A DNA stretch of 64,000 bases, from contig OZ024741.1 of assembly GCA_964016885.1 (NCBI GenBank), forward strand, positions 150,722,001-150,786,000. Reading direction: 5' to 3'. The translations under genes were made by a program, and so were the position numbers. Below the pieces are notes generated by a model. That model saw only the letters and a program-made list of their open reading frames with translations. It was not told where the DNA came from and made no database searches. How positions within the stretch are numbered: position 1 is the stretch's first letter; every line of letters starts with the position of its first letter. Below, piece by piece: positions 1 to 15,060 of the stretch. This DNA comes from Eledone cirrhosa (Eukaryota).

Positions 1-3000
1 CTATACCACTCCTTATATCTCCCTCTACACCACTCTCTCTATACCTCCCTCTACAACACTCTCTCCATACCTCCCTCTACACCACTCTCTCTATACCTCC
101 CTCTACACCACGCTCTATACCACCCTCTACCCCACTCTCTCTATACATCCCTCTACACCACTCTCTCTATACCTCCTTCTACACCACTGTCTCTATAACT
201 CCCTCTACACCACTCTCTATACCACCCTCTATACCACTCTCTATACCTCCCTCTACACCACTCTCTATACCACCCTCTATACCACTCCCTATACCTCCCT
301 CTATACCACTCTCTCTATACCCCCCTCTGTACCACTCTGTATACCTCCCTCTACATTACACTCTATACCTCCATCTATACCACTCTTTATACTTCCCTTT
401 CCACCACTCTCTCTATAGCCCCCTCTATACCACTCTTTATACCTCCCTCTACACCACTCTCTATACCTCCCTCTACACTACTCTCTCTATACCTCCATCT
501 ACACCACTCTCTATACCTCCCTCTATTCCACTCTCTCTATACCACCCTCTATACCACTCTCTGTACCTCCCTCTATACCACTATCTATACCTCGCTCTAC
601 ACCACTCTCTCTATACCTCCCTCTACACCATTCGCTATACCTACCCCTACACCACTCTCTCTATACCTCCCTCTACACCACTCTCTATACCTGTCTCTAC
701 ACCACTCTCTCTATACCTCCCTCAACACCACTCTCTATACCTCCCTCTATACCCCTCTCTCTATACCTCCCTTTATACCACTCTCTATACCTCCCTCTAC
801 ACCATTCTCTATATCAGCCTCTATACAACTCTCTATACCACCCTCTACACCACTCTCTATACCTCCCTCTACACCACTCTCTATACCTCCCTCTACACCA
901 CTCTCTCTATACCTCCCTCTACACAACACCCTCTATATTTCCCTCTATACCACTCTCTATACCTCCCTATACACCACTCTCTCTATACCAACCTCTACTC
1001 TACTCTCTATACCTCCCTCTATCCCACTCTCTATATCAGCCTCTATACCACTCTCTATACCTCCCTCTATACCACTCTCTATACCTCCCTCTACACCACT
1101 ATCTCTATAGCACCCTCTATACCACACTCTATACCTCCCTCTACACTACTCTCTCTATACCACCCTCTATACAACTCTCTATACCTCCCTCTATACCACT
1201 CATTCTATACCTCCCTCTATACCACTCTCTATACCTCCCTCTACACCACTCTCTCTATACCTCCCTCTACACCACGCTCTATACCACCCTCTACCCCACT
1301 CTCTCTATACATCCCTCTACACCACTCTCTCTATACCTCCTTCTACACCACTGTCATTATAACTCCCTCTACACCACTCTCTATACCACCCTCTATACCA
1401 CTCTCTATACCTCCCTCTACACCACTCTCTATACCACCCTCTATACCACTCCCTATACCTCCCTCTATACCACTCTCTCTATACCCCCCTCTGTACCACT
1501 CTGTATACCTCCCTCTACATTACACTCTATACCTCCATCTATACCACTCTTTATACTTCCCTTTCCACCACTCTCTCTATAGCCCCCTCTATACCACTCT
1601 TTATACCTCCCTCTACACCACTCTCTATACCTCCCTCTACACTACTCTCTCTATACCTCCATCTACACCACTCTCTATACCTCCCTCTATTCCACTCTCT
1701 CTATACCACCCTCTATACCACTCTCTGTACCTCCCTCTATACCACTATCTATACCTCGCTCTACACCACTCTCTCTATACCTCCCTCTACACCATTCGCT
1801 ATACCTACCCCTACACCACTCTCTCTATACCTCCCTCTACACCACTCTCTATACCTGTCTCTACACCACTCTCTCTATACCTCCCTCAACACCACTCTCT
1901 ATACCTCCCTCTATACCCCTCTCTCTATACCTCCCTTTATACCACTCTCTATACCTCCCTCTACACCATTCTCTATATCAGCCTCTATACAACTCTCTAT
2001 ACCACCCTCTACACCACTCTCTATACCTCCCTCTACACCACTCTCTATACCTCCCTCTACACCACTCTCTCTATACCTCCCTCTACACAACACCCTCTAT
2101 ATTTCCCTCTATACCACTCTCTATACCTCCCTATACACCACTCTCTCTATACCAACCTCTACTCTACTCTCTATACCTCCCTCTATCCCACTCTCTATAT
2201 CAGCCTCTATACCACTCTCTATACCTCCCTCTATACCACTCTCTATACCTCCCTCTACACCACTATCTCTATAGCACCCTCTATACCACACTCTATACCT
2301 CCCTCTACACTACTCTCTCTATACCACCCTCTATACAACTCTCTATACCTCCCTCTATACCACTCATTCTATACCTCCCTCTATACCACTCTCTATACCT
2401 CCCTCTACACCACTCTCTCTATACCTCCCTCTACACCACGCTCTCTATACCTCCCTCTACAGCACTCTCTCTATACCACACTCCATACCACTCCCTATAC
2501 ATCCCTCTACACCACTCTCTATACCACCCCCTATTCCACTCTATATACCTCCCTCTACACCACTCTCTATACCTCCCTCTATACCACTCTCTATACATCC
2601 CTCTACACCACTCTCTCTATACCTCCCTCTGCACCACTCTCTCTATACATCTCTCTACACCACTCTCTCTATACCTCCCTCTACACCACTCTCTATACCT
2701 CCCTCTACATCACTCTCTCTATACCTCCTTCTACACCACTCTCTCTATACCTCCCTCTACACCACTCTCTATACCTCATTCTACACCACTCTCTCTATAC
2801 CACACTCTACACCACTCTCTATACCTCCCTCTACACCACTCTCTATACCTCCCTCCACGCCACTCTCTCTATACCACCCACTATACCACTCTCTATACCT
2901 CCCTCTATACCACTCTCTATAGCTCCCTCTATACCACTCTCTATACCTCCCTCTACACCACTCTCTCTATACCTCCCTTAAACCACTCTCTCTATACCTC

Positions 3001-6000
3001 CCTCTACACCACTCTCTATACCACCCTCTACCCCACTTCTCTATACCTCCCTCTACACCACTCTCTCTATACCTCCCTCTACACCACTCTCTATACCACC
3101 GTCTATACCACTCTCTATACCTCCCTCTACACCACTCTCTATACCACCCTCTATACCACTCTCTACACCTCCCTCTACATAACTCTCTCTATACCACCCT
3201 CTATACCACTCTCTATACCTCCCTCTACACTACACTCTATACCTCCCTCTACACTACTCTCTATACCTCCCTCTACACCACTCTCTCTATACCACCCTCT
3301 ATAACCTTCTCTATACCTCCCTCTACACCACTCTCTCTATACCACCCTCTATACCACTCTCTATACATCCTTCTACACCACTCTCTATACCACCCTCTAT
3401 ACCACTCTCTATACCTCCCTCTACACCACTCTCTATACCTCCCTCTATACCACTCTCTATATCTCCCTCTACACCACTCTCTCTATACCTCCCTCTACAA
3501 CACTCTCTCCATACCTCCCTCTACACCACTCTCTCTATACCTCCCTCTACACCACTCTCTATACCACCCTCTACCCCTCTCTCTCTATACATCCCTCTAC
3601 ACCACTCTCTCTATACCTCCTTCTACACCACTGTCTCTATAACTCCCTCTTCACCACTCTCTATACCACCCTCTATACCACTCTCTATACCTCCCTCTAC
3701 ACCACTCTCTATACCACCCTCTATACCACTCCCTATACCTCCCTCTATACCACTCTCTCTATACCCCCCTCTGTACCACTCTCTATACCTCCCTCTACAT
3801 TACACTCTATACCTCCCTCTATACCACTCTTTATACTTCCCTTTCCACCACTCTCTCTATACCTCCCTCTACACCACTCTCTCTATACCTCCCTCTACAC
3901 TACTCTCTATACCTCCCTCTACACCAGTCTCCCTATACCACCCTCTATACCACTCTCTATACCTCCCTCTACACTACTCTGTATGCCTCCCTCTACACCA
4001 TTCTCTCTATACCTCCATCTACACCACTCTCTCTATACCTCCCTCTACACCACTCTCTCTATAGCCCCTTCTACACCACTCTCTGTACCTCCCTCTACAC
4101 CACTCTCTATACCTCCATCTACACCACTCTCTCTATACCTTCCTCTACACTACTCTCTATACCTCCCTCTACACCACTCTCTCTATACCACCCTCTATAC
4201 CACTCTCTATACCTCCCTCTACGCAACTCTCTATACCTCCCTCTACACCATTCTCTCTATACCTCCCTCTACATCACTCTCTCTATACCCCCTCTACACC
4301 ACGCTCTCTATACCTCCCTCTACACCACTCTCTCTATACCTCCCTCTACACCACTCCCTCTATACCCCCCTCTATACCACTCTATATACCTCCCTCTACA
4401 CCACTCTCTCTATACCTCCCTCTTCACCACTCTCTCTATACGACCCTCTATACCACTCTCTATACCTCCCTCTACACCACTCTCTACACCTCCCTCTACA
4501 CCACTCTCTCTATAGCCCCCTCTATACCACTCTCTTTACCTCCCTCTACACCACTCTCTATACCTCCCTCTACACTACTCTCTCTATACCTCCATCTACA
4601 CCACTCTCTATACCTCCCTCTATTCCACTCTCTCTATACCACCCTCTATACCACTCTCTGTACCTCCCTCTATACCACTATCTATACCTCGCTCTACACC
4701 ACTCTCTCTATACCTCCCTCTACACCATTCGCTATACCTACCCCTACACCACTCTCTCTATACCTCCCTCTACACCACTCTCTATACCTGTCTCTACACC
4801 ACTCTCTCTATACCTCCCTCAACACCACTCTCTATACCTCCCTCTATACCCCTCTCTCTATACCTCCCTTTATACCACTCTCTATACCTCCCTCTACACC
4901 ATTCTCTATATCAGCCTCTATACAACTCTCTATACCACCCTCTACACCACTCTCTATACCTCCCTCTACACCACTCTCTATACCTCCCTCTACACCACTC
5001 TCTCTATACCTCCCTCTACACAACACTCTCTATACTTCCCTCTATACCACTCTCTATACCTCCCTATACACCACTCTCTCTATACCAACCTCTACTCTAC
5101 TCTCTATACCTCCCTCTATCCCACTCTCTATATCAGCCTCTATACCACTCTCTATACCTCCCTCTATACCACTCTCTATACCTCCCTCTACACCACTATC
5201 TCTATAGCACCCTCTATACCACACTCTATACCTCCCTCTACACTACTCTCTCTATACCACCCTCTATACCACTCTCTATACCTCCCTCTATACCACTCTC
5301 TCTATACCTCCCTCTATACCACTCTCTATACCTCCCTCTACACCACTATCTCTATAGCACCCTCTATACCACACTCTATACCTCCCTCTACACTACTCTC
5401 TCTATACCACCCTCTATACCACTCTCTATACCTCCCTCTATACCACTCTCTCTATACCTCCCTCTATACCACTCTCTATACCTCCCTCTACACCACTCTC
5501 TCTATACCTCCCTCTACACCACGCTCTCTATACCTCCCTCTACAGCACTCTCTCTATACCACACTCCATACCACTCCCTATACATCCCTCTACACCACTC
5601 TCTATACCACCCCTTATTCCACTCTATATACCTCCCTCTACACCACTCTCTATACCTCCCTCTATACCACTCTCTATACATCCCTCTACACCACTCTCTC
5701 TATACCTCCCTCTGCACCACTCTCTCTATACATCTCTCTACACCACTCTCTCTATACCTCCCTCTACACCACTCTCTATACCTCCCTCTACATCACTCTC
5801 TCTATACCTCCTTCTACACCACTCTCTCTATACCTCCATCTACACCACTCTCTATACCTCCTTCTACACCACTGTCTCTATAACTCCCTCTTCACCACTC
5901 TCTATACCACCCTCTATACCACTCTCTATACCTCCCTCTACACCACTCTCTATACCACCCTCTATACCACTCCCTATACCTCCCTCTATACCACTCTCTC

Positions 6001-7970
6001 TATACCCCCCTCTGTACCACTCTCTATACCTCCCTCTACATTACACTCTATACCTCCCTCTATACCACTCTTTATACTTCCCTTTCCACCACTCTCTCTA
6101 TACCTCCCTCTACACCACTCTCTCTATACCTCCCTCTACACCACTCTCTCTATACCTCCCTCTACACTACTCTCTATACCTCGCTCTACACCAGTCTCTC
6201 TATACCACCCTCTATACCACTCTCTATACCTCCCTCTACACTACTCTGTATGCTTCCCTCTACACCATTCTCTCTATACCTCCATCTACACCACTCTCTC
6301 TATGCCTCCCTCTACACCACTCTCTCTATAGCCCCCTCTACACCACTCTCTATACCTCCCTCTACATCACTCTCTATACCTCCATCTACACCACTCTCTC
6401 TATACCTTCCTCTACACTACTCTCTATACCTCCCTCTACACCACTCTCTCTATACCACCCTCTATACCACTCTCTATACCTCCCTCTACACAACTCTCTA
6501 TACCTCCCTCTACACCATTCTCTCTATACCTCCCTCTACACCACTCTCTACACCTCCCTCTACACCACTCTCTCTATACCACCCTCTATACCACTCTCTA
6601 TACCTCCCTCTACACCACTCTCTACACCTCCCTCTACACCACTCTCTCTATACCCCCCTCTATACCACTCTCTATACCTCCCTCTACACCACTCTCTATA
6701 CCTCCCTCTACACTACTCTCTCTATACCTCCATCTACACCACTCTCTATACCTCCCTCTATTCCACTCTCTCTATACCACCCTCTATACCACTCTCTGTA
6801 CCTCCCTCTACACCACTATCTATACCTCGCTCTACACCACTCTCTCTATACCTCCCTCTACACCATTCGCTATACCTCCCCCTACACCACTCTCTCTATA
6901 CCTCCCTCTACACCACTCTCTATACCTGTCTCTACACCACTCTCTCTATACCTCCCTCAACACCACTCTCTATACCTCCCTCTATACCCCTCTCTCTATA
7001 CCTCCCTTTATACCACTCTCTATACCTCCCTCTACACCATTCTCTATATCAGCCTCTATACCACTCTCTATACCACCCTCTACACCACTCTCTATACCTC
7101 CCTCTACACCACTCTCTATACCTCCCTCTATACCACTCTCTATTCCTCCCTCTATACTACTCTCTATACCTCCCTCTACACCACTCTCTCTATACCTCCC
7201 TCTACGCTACTCTCTATACCTCCCTCTACACCACTCTCACTATACCACCCTCTACACCACTCTCTATACCTCCCTCTACACTACTCTCTATACCTCCCTC
7301 TACAACACTCTCTATACGTCCCTCTACACCACTGTCTATACCTCCCTCTACACCACTCTCTATACCTCCCTCTACACCACTCTCTCTATACCTCCCTCTA
7401 CACTATTATCTATACCTCCCTCTACACCACTGCCTATAACCCATTCTACACCTCCCTCTATACCACTCTCTATACCTCCCTCTATACTACTCTCTATACC
7501 TCCCTCTACACTACTCTCTATACCTCCCTCTACAACACTCTCTATACCTCCCTCTACACCACTGTCTATACCTCCCTCTACACCACTCTCTATACCTCCC
7601 TCTACACCACTCTCTCTATACCTCCCTCTACACCACTCTCTATACCTCCCTCTACACCACTGCCTATACCCCCCTCTACACCTCCCTCTATACCACTCTC
7701 TATACCTCCCTCTATACTACTCTCTATACCACCCTCTACACCACTCTCTATACCTCCCTCTACACCACTCTCTATACTACCCTCTACACCACTGTCTATA
7801 CCTCCCCCTACACCACTCTCTACAACACACTCTACACTACTCTCTATACTACCTCTATACCACTCTCTATACCACCCTCTACACCACTCTCTCTATACCT
7901 CCCTCTATACCACTCTCTATACCTCCCTCTACACCACTCTCTATACCTCCCTCTACACCACTCTCTCTAT
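1..7970. repeat. Pyrimidine-rich satellite; 24-bp unit CTATACCTCCCT-CTACACCACTCT (two 12-bp halves, with 26-bp variants) and kb-scale higher-order duplications
   Basis: Continuous tandem repeat. Identical variant blocks recur at 747/1911 (1164 bp apart) and 4844; blocks at 3983 and 6250 are similar. Confidence 0.97.
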
Positions 7971-8338
7971 ATGAATCTGTCTATATCAATATCTCTATGT
8001 GACTCCCTATATATATCTTTATATCATACTCTCTGCGCCTATCCCCTCTATACCACTCTCTATAACACACTCTACGCCACTCGCTATTTACCACTCCCTA
8101 TAACACTCTCCTCTTCTCTAATTCACTCCCTTCATACCATTCTCTTTATACCACTCTCCATACCACTCTCTCTATACCCCTCACTACAACACTCCCTATA
8201 TACCACAAATTCTATTGATTCGACATGTAAAATTTAACCCTGGATACATTCCCCAGCCACTGACATAATTTCTTTCAGATCTGGTTCATACTGGTTAGAA
8301 GAAACACAAAGAAATATTTCACAATGAAGCTTTCAATA

Positions 8339-8410
<72 letters not shown>

Positions 8411-8414
<4 letters not shown>

Positions 8415-8920
8415 GGAAAAAATGAAACGAAATTTCATTTCTCATTCACTCTTAGTACGGCTGTTACTTAAATATAAGTATGTATACGTACACAGATATA
8501 TGTATACAGACGTACAGTAGTATGTATATATATATACATACATGCACACATATATATATATGTACGGTATGTATTTATCGAACATTTATTATAATGCTCG
8601 GTTTGTTTGTAAACAAACATCCCGAATTAAGCCGTACAGTGTCTAGCAACCATCGTTTCCCTTTTTGTTCAACACTGACAAAGGAACGATGTACTAGTTT
8701 CAAGCTTATTAGCTATCGTCAGCACCGTATACCTTCCTGCCAGATGATTGAACGTCTGAAAGTATATACTTTCCTTATGCATATTAACAGCTGAGCAGCC
8801 TAATTTGCATATCGAGTGAGTTAATCGGCCGGGCGATGAAACGTACACATACTTATATTTAAGTAACAGCCGTACTAAGAGTGAGTGAGAAATGAAATTT
8901 CGTTTCATTTTTTCCATTTA
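8411..8920 (-). mobile_element. Non-autonomous HHR-bearing element (family A relative) with ~80-bp inverted ends
   Basis: 8411-8490 is the reverse complement of ~8841-8920. The interior resembles the 483-bp units at 25.6-28.6 kb. It follows an (AT)n tract. Confidence 0.8.
8686..8728 (-). ncRNA. Minimal type I hammerhead ribozyme
   Basis: Minus strand ACGGUG-CUGACGA-UAGCUAAUAAGCUU-GAAA-CUA-GUA-CAUCGU; stem I ACGGUG/CAUCGU; palindromic stem III ACUAGU. Confidence 0.8.
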
Positions 8921-9039
8921 TCAATGAAAGAAAAATCCGAGAGTTTTGTTTTTACGAGTTAGAAGACTAACTGGTAGTGGAAGCGGGCAGTAGAAAGGAA
9001 ACATACGTTGACCGGTCACAGTAGCCAGTTCGACACTTA

Positions 9040-9256
9040 TGTAATTCAGAATTGTTGTTAATTCTAAGTTTCTTGTTAACAAGAAGGTAATTGTTGATAA
9101 GAAGGGCCACTTTGATCCGTAAATTACCAATGCACATCTCGTTGGCTTCTATAATGGCCTGAATATCTTGGGTGTGATATTTTTGTAGACAGAGGAAGCG
9201 CTCTTGTTCGTATGTTCTTTGACTCGTATGTGTGTTTTCCGTACAGTGCCACTACA
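9040..9256 (-). pseudogene. Degenerate GIY-YIG endonuclease remnant of a Penelope-like element
   Basis: Manual translation gives GTVRKTHIRVKEH...SSVYK...LRIKVALLI...INNNSEL, with frameshifts. Confidence 0.5.
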
Positions 9257-10113
9257 TTTTTTGAAGGTAATCTTTTGTAGTGAGTTATATTCTATTGTTT
9301 TTTTTTTTTAAAATAGGCTAAGTGTAACTGACTACCTCGGTATACTCTTTCTCGGTTCTGTAAAAAGCCGCATATGTATATAATATCAAATGCCTAATCT
9401 TACATCCCCGCCCCCCACATCTATATATATCAAATGCCTAATCTTACATCCCCGCCCTCCACATCTATATCTTGTATTTAAAGGGATTTGCGTAATTTTT
9501 ATGAAGTTATTAAAAGGAAAATGCAGTATATATAGAAAAACTTATACAAAACCATTGAGGGGTAGACTAGACTCCAATAAGATTTTTTTAGCGAATGAAA
9601 TATTTTCAGCGATATCTTTTCATTGAGATGTTATATATATTCGTGACAAATTTACTTATGTATAATATTTGTTGTTTCCTAAACTGTTTCCTAAATGGTA
9701 AGCTGATAGATTGTCCATATTGACTGCTATTTATTTTTTCTTACACCATGCTGGATCAATGAGAATGGACTCATTTCTCTTAACGGGTACATATATTTTT
9801 TCTTATACCTTACAGAATCCCCTCCGATGGAAAGTTGTTCTGTTATCGGTGGCCACCTTAATATATTGGAATGGTCAGCGTTATTCTTCAACTTGGAAAC
9901 GGCGGTAAAGTAACTTAACGAAGCCTTCTAGCCTTAGGTTGCTTAACTAAGATATATATAGGGAAAGATGGTTGTGAAGTTTTCTTTTTAAACTATCCCT
10001 CAGTGATTTTGTGTAAGATGTTCTATATGTATTTGCTTCTCTGAATGAGATTTTTTAGCGATCTTTTTTTCATTGAGATGTAATATAAATATATATATAT
10101 ATATATATATTTT

Positions 10114-10180
<67 letters not shown>

Positions 10181-11700
10181 GAAAAGGACCCGACGGCTGA
10201 GCAGCGGCTGTTTCGACAGCTAGATCCGAACTAAAGTGCCAGTATTCAAACAGCGGGAAATCTATCAAGGGGTATAATCCATATATAGAAGCAACAGTGG
10301 CATTCTTGGGCATTCATATAAAACTGGAAATTTATATTTTGTCAACCCGAACAGTTACCACTCATTATTTAGAAACAAAATGACCTCATCCTATAGAAAA
10401 TATAACCCTTCTATGATCGACGAGATAAATGCAGAGGGACAAAATATCACCTCCAGCCTCGGAATATCCGATCGAACGGAACTAATCGACCTTCGTACTC
10501 CTTATTGTACCCTTAAGGACCATAACCCAGACTTCGCCCACAAGCCAACCATCAGGCTTATAAACCCGACGGAGTCGGATATAGGGAAGATAAGTAAAAG
10601 GATCCTGGATCACATTATACCCAAGATCAAGCATAATGCGAGGCTTAGCCTATGGATTAGCACTCAGGAAGTCATCTCCTGGTTCAAGAATATCGATGAT
10701 AAAAGGAATACCACTTTTATTCTGTTTGATATCGAGAACTACCACACCTCGGTAACCAAACCACTCCTTTTGGCTGCTTTAGATCATGCCAAAACAATTA
10801 AACTAATTTCCGACCAAGAAATCGTAATCATATTCCATGCCAGGAAGACCGTTTGCTCTTCGATAATTCCACCTGGATAAAAAGAACACCATACTCTCCT
10901 TTCGACGTTAGTATGGGTTCTACTGACTTGGCCGTGATGACCGACCTCATAGGACTATTCATACTTCAAAAACTCATTGAAAAGTTTCCCTCGTCCGGAG
11001 GTGGATTGTACAGAGATGACGGACTTGTTACCCTCATAGGGTACAACCCCAGTAGTACGGACCAGGTCTCTAAACACCTCATCAAATTCTTCCGAGATTT
11101 AATAATCACCCTACAGACGTCACTTACCTGGATCTGAAGGCAATTTATACTATCCCTACAGGAAACCGAATGAGCACTTACACTATATCCACCGCTATTC
11201 CAACCATCCATCCATGGAATATTACCAATAATTTAGTCAAACATATCTCCCTCCGTATATCACGCTTGTTCGCAAATGAGCAGATCTTCAATGAACCCGC
11301 GCCACACTACAATCAGGCCCTCAAAAGAAGCGGCTTCAAGGAGGATATTTCCTATTATCCAGGCTCAACTAGCGGATCTAGCAGGCGACACAACCGCTCT
11401 CACCACGTACCCTAGGTCAATCCTCCTCACACTGCCGAGGTCATAACACCAATTGGGAAGATATTCCTCAGACTTCTTGATCAACACTTCCCACCCCAAC
11501 ACCGCTATCACAATATCATCAACAGAAAAACTGTTAAACTTTCGTACAGCACTACACCCAACTTTGCACAAAATATCGCCTACTCTAACAACACAAAACT
11601 CCTCTCTAACAAAAAATAACAACGATATTAGTAGTGAGCAAACTAGGAGGTGAAACTGTCCGGATAGATCATCATGGCCCCTCAATAACAGATGCCGTAG
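10181..11700 (+). mobile_element. Penelope-like retroelement remnant (frameshifted RT, thumb and linker)
   Basis: ORF pieces TLKDHNPDF..RLINP, FDIENYHTSV, MGSTDLA, GLYRDDGL, RISRLFANEQIF..PHYNQALKRSG. Confidence 0.9.
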
Positions 11701-12010
11701 GCAATATGGCCGGTTGATTAAATATCTTGGACCATTGTCATTTACCACAGCCTCGGGTCGACCCTAGACTTGTGGGCGAAATTGGCTTGTCTGAAAAGAT
11801 TTGGAAGCTTTTCGGATGGACTGTACCTGTAATTCAAAGGTCAATCTAGCCTTGTTACACACTGGGTCATGTTGAATCTTCCCGATAAATAAGTTAAGTG
11901 TACACATGTCTCTTGAATACTTAACCACTTGCACGTTAACTTCAAGAGCCGTTTTTTACGTCGATCGAACAACTACAACACTCATCATCGAACTTAACAG
12001 AGATCCATTC
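11700..12010 (+). mobile_element. SINE-like repeat (second family)
   Basis: Core cTGTAATTCAAAGG..AGCCTTGT..CACTTGCACGTTAA is shared with ~19960-20070 and ~31130-31390. Confidence 0.6.
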
Positions 12011-12328
12011 TGTCTATACGGACAGAGATAACACATATAGAAGAATAGATGACGGTAGATATCCAACAATATGACCTAATTACAACATTCTCTATTTTAT
12101 GCTAATGTATATCACATGCACCACCAGTATCAATATATAACACTCACAAGATAGAACCATTTAAAAAAAAAAACCAAAGCAGAACTGGCATCGTTTGTAT
12201 ATATAGATGGCTTCTTAATGACTATAATTAACGAGAAGTGAAACTAATCTCTACTAATTATAAGCGACAGGCTGACATTAAGTATCATTAACTAATAATG
12301 GCTTACTGATATTAGCGCCGCAACACGC

Positions 12329-12502
12329 GTTATGTTGAAAGACTTAGTGTGTCTGTGTGTGAGAAGAAGGGGATGAGTTTTAATCTATGTGTGTGTGCGT
12401 GAGTGTATATAAATAGACCAAGGATTTTGAGAAGTTCATACACACACACACGCATACATACATATTTACATGCATTCATACATACATACATACATACATA
12501 CA

Positions 12503-12535
<33 letters not shown>

Positions 12536-12539
12536 TATA

Positions 12540-12595
<56 letters not shown>

Positions 12596-12799
12596 TATAC
12601 ATACGTATGTAACTCTTTGTCTATGTATGTATGTTTATATGTATGCATGTATGTGTGCATGTGCATGTATGTGTGCATGTGCATGTATGAACCGCTCAAA
12701 ATCCTTGGTCTATTTATACACACTCACGCACACACATATAGATTCACACACTCAACCCCTTCTTCTCACACACAGACACACTAAGTCTTTCAACATAAC
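12329..12799. mobile_element. MITE-like/foldback element with ~110-bp inverted arms around (CATA)n and (AT)n
   Basis: GTTATGTTGAAAGACTTAGTGTG...GGATTTTGAG mirrored by CTCAAAATCC...CACACTAAGTCTTTCAACATAAC. Confidence 0.8.
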
Positions 12800-12831
12800 A
12801 TGTATTTAAAGACTTTCTCTCTCTCTCTCTC

Positions 12832-12863
<32 letters not shown>

Positions 12864-13589
12864 CCCCTCTCTCTCTCTATATATATATGTATATATATAT
12901 ATATATATATATACATTTATATATATATATATTTATATATATATATATGTGTGTGTGTGTATGTGTCTGTTGTGTATGTATGTATATATAAATAAGGAAT
13001 AGCTTTTCTTTTAAATGTAGTATATTGAAAATAAGTTTGCTATGTTTTATTAATTTTTTTATATTTCCTCATTAGCGCCTTATGTTTGGTTTGGAATAAT
13101 AGCTTTCCTAAATCCCAGTCTCATCTTCAGAATAAGAATTGTAATAAAAGTGAAGTATCGTTCACGCGCTTTGCAGTTGTCGCAAAATATGATAGTGGTA
13201 GAAAATAATGTACACCTTACTTTCAAAATTATTCAACAGTTTTGAAGCATGGAAGTTATTGTAATGGATATCATGTATATTGTATCTGTGTTAAGGTTTG
13301 GTTTCATATTTTGATATTAGTAAAGTCACCATAATTAATCTTCTTGTTTTGTGTGTGATTCTGTATACAATTTTGCCATCAACTAATATTTTGTTAACAG
13401 TTTAATGAAATCAGTAAAACAGTAACAGAATATATAATCATATCCGTCTCTCGTTTATTATCCGCCACCGAACCCTTATTTTCTGATGGAGTTGTAGGGG
13501 TCTATGTCTCTCTAGGTTGGACTACATACGATTTATTGTAGAGATAGAGAGAGATGGTGAGGAAAGGAGGGGGAAAGAGGGAAGAGAGA

Positions 13590-14330
13590 GGAAAATATTG
13601 CTCCTAATACTGGACTGGCAAGTTATTTATTGATTTAGAAAAGATAAAAGGTGAAGTTGGCCACATGGCGAATTGAAGTCAGAACGCTGGAGCAAATAAC
13701 AGAAAGTATACTTTCAGACACTCTAACGACTCTGTCAATTGACTGCCTTAGATTTATTAAACAGAAGATAGAAGTAATATTTAGAAATACAAAAGCTGTT
13801 GGCATATTGCCTGTGCTAATGTCTTATAGAAATATTAGCATCACATAGGGCTGTAGATGGGGCTGTAGATCGGTAGAGCGTCAGACAGAATATCTTGATA
13901 TTTAGTTATGCCAGGGCAGATAATTGGCTGAGTTGTTAAGATGTTGGATAGAATAGCTTGTGGTATTCGTTTCGGCTTTCTGCGCCAAAAGTTCAATCTG
14001 CATCAGTGTCAAGTATCTTTTTCATCCTTTCACTGTTGACCAAATAAAGTACTAGTCAAATATTGAAATCGATTCTCCTTTTCTCTAGGTCTCTCTTTCC
14101 CCATATTTTTCATTTTCCCTCTCTATCCCTCTCTCATTTTCTCTTCCTGTCTTTGAAAAAAATTGACTGTGGTCAAACCTTGAGAGGGATAGGCTTCGCT
14201 AAGTTTAAATGCCCAGAACAGCACCCCAACGACTATATCTCTAGATCAGTGAAATTAATTACGCTACTTTACGTTCTGATTTCGAATCCTGTCAAGGTCA
14301 AGTTTGATTTCATCGATCTGTGTTTGATAA
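13590..14330. mobile_element. Degenerate copies of the abundant SINE family, on both strands
   Basis: Motifs such as TTCATCCTTTC..GTTGACCAAATAAAGTACTAGT and their reverse complement. Confidence 0.6.
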
Positions 14331-14809
14331 AATATTCTCATTATTCATCTCCCTTCTCAGCTGATCTTTTGATTGAACCATGGAAATAAACTCATGCCAA
14401 ACGTCTCGCTTCCCCACCACTGTTTGTGTATTTCCGTTAGTCTTTAGTACAGCGTCATTTTGAAATATATAAATAAAACTGCTGGTTTATCTCCTACAGT
14501 TTATCTGTCCATGTATTGGTTTCCATTGCGTCAAATTTGAGACAATTTCTTCAGGATGTCAAACAGTGACATTCTAATCATAGCCTTGGTTAAACCATCT
14601 TGGCAGACCATCATCAAGTTCTGTATTGATGATGTGGCTCTTCTAAATGATGTTAGTACCTGATTTTCAAGCTTTTGTGTGAGTGTCCATGTCGCACAGC
14701 TAGATAAGATACTTTCAATAAAATAAATCTTTATTATTGACTATACTTTCCATCAAAATGCGTGGCCTTGTGTGAATGTTAGAAATCAACATGGCTACTA
14801 TATGTTAGT

Positions 14810-15060
14810 GGAGGCACGTGGCCTAGTGGTAAGGGTGTTGGACTTACGATCATAATGTCGTGGGTTCGATTCCTGGGTTGCGTGTTGTGTTCTTGAGCAA
14901 AACACTTAATTTCACGTCGCTCCAGTATACTCAGCTGGAAATGAGTACCAGCAATAGCTGGAGGTTTAACCCTGCGATTGTACTCTCAGTGGCTTCACAC
15001 CATGAAACCGAGATAAGCACCGGCCAAATGAGCCTTCTGGCTTAAGACAGACTTTAGACT
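14810..15060 (+). mobile_element. tRNA-derived SINE
   Basis: A box TGGCCTAGTGG, B box GGTTCGATTCC, then TTGAGCAAAACACTTAATTTCAC body and a short tail repeat. Confidence 0.8.

Noticed and set aside
3983-7974. 782-aa and 574-aa ORFs
   Set aside because: Translations of the satellite; the plus strand simply lacks stop codons
14810-14880. tRNA gene
   Set aside because: A and B boxes are present but the sequence continues into a SINE body without a proper acceptor stem
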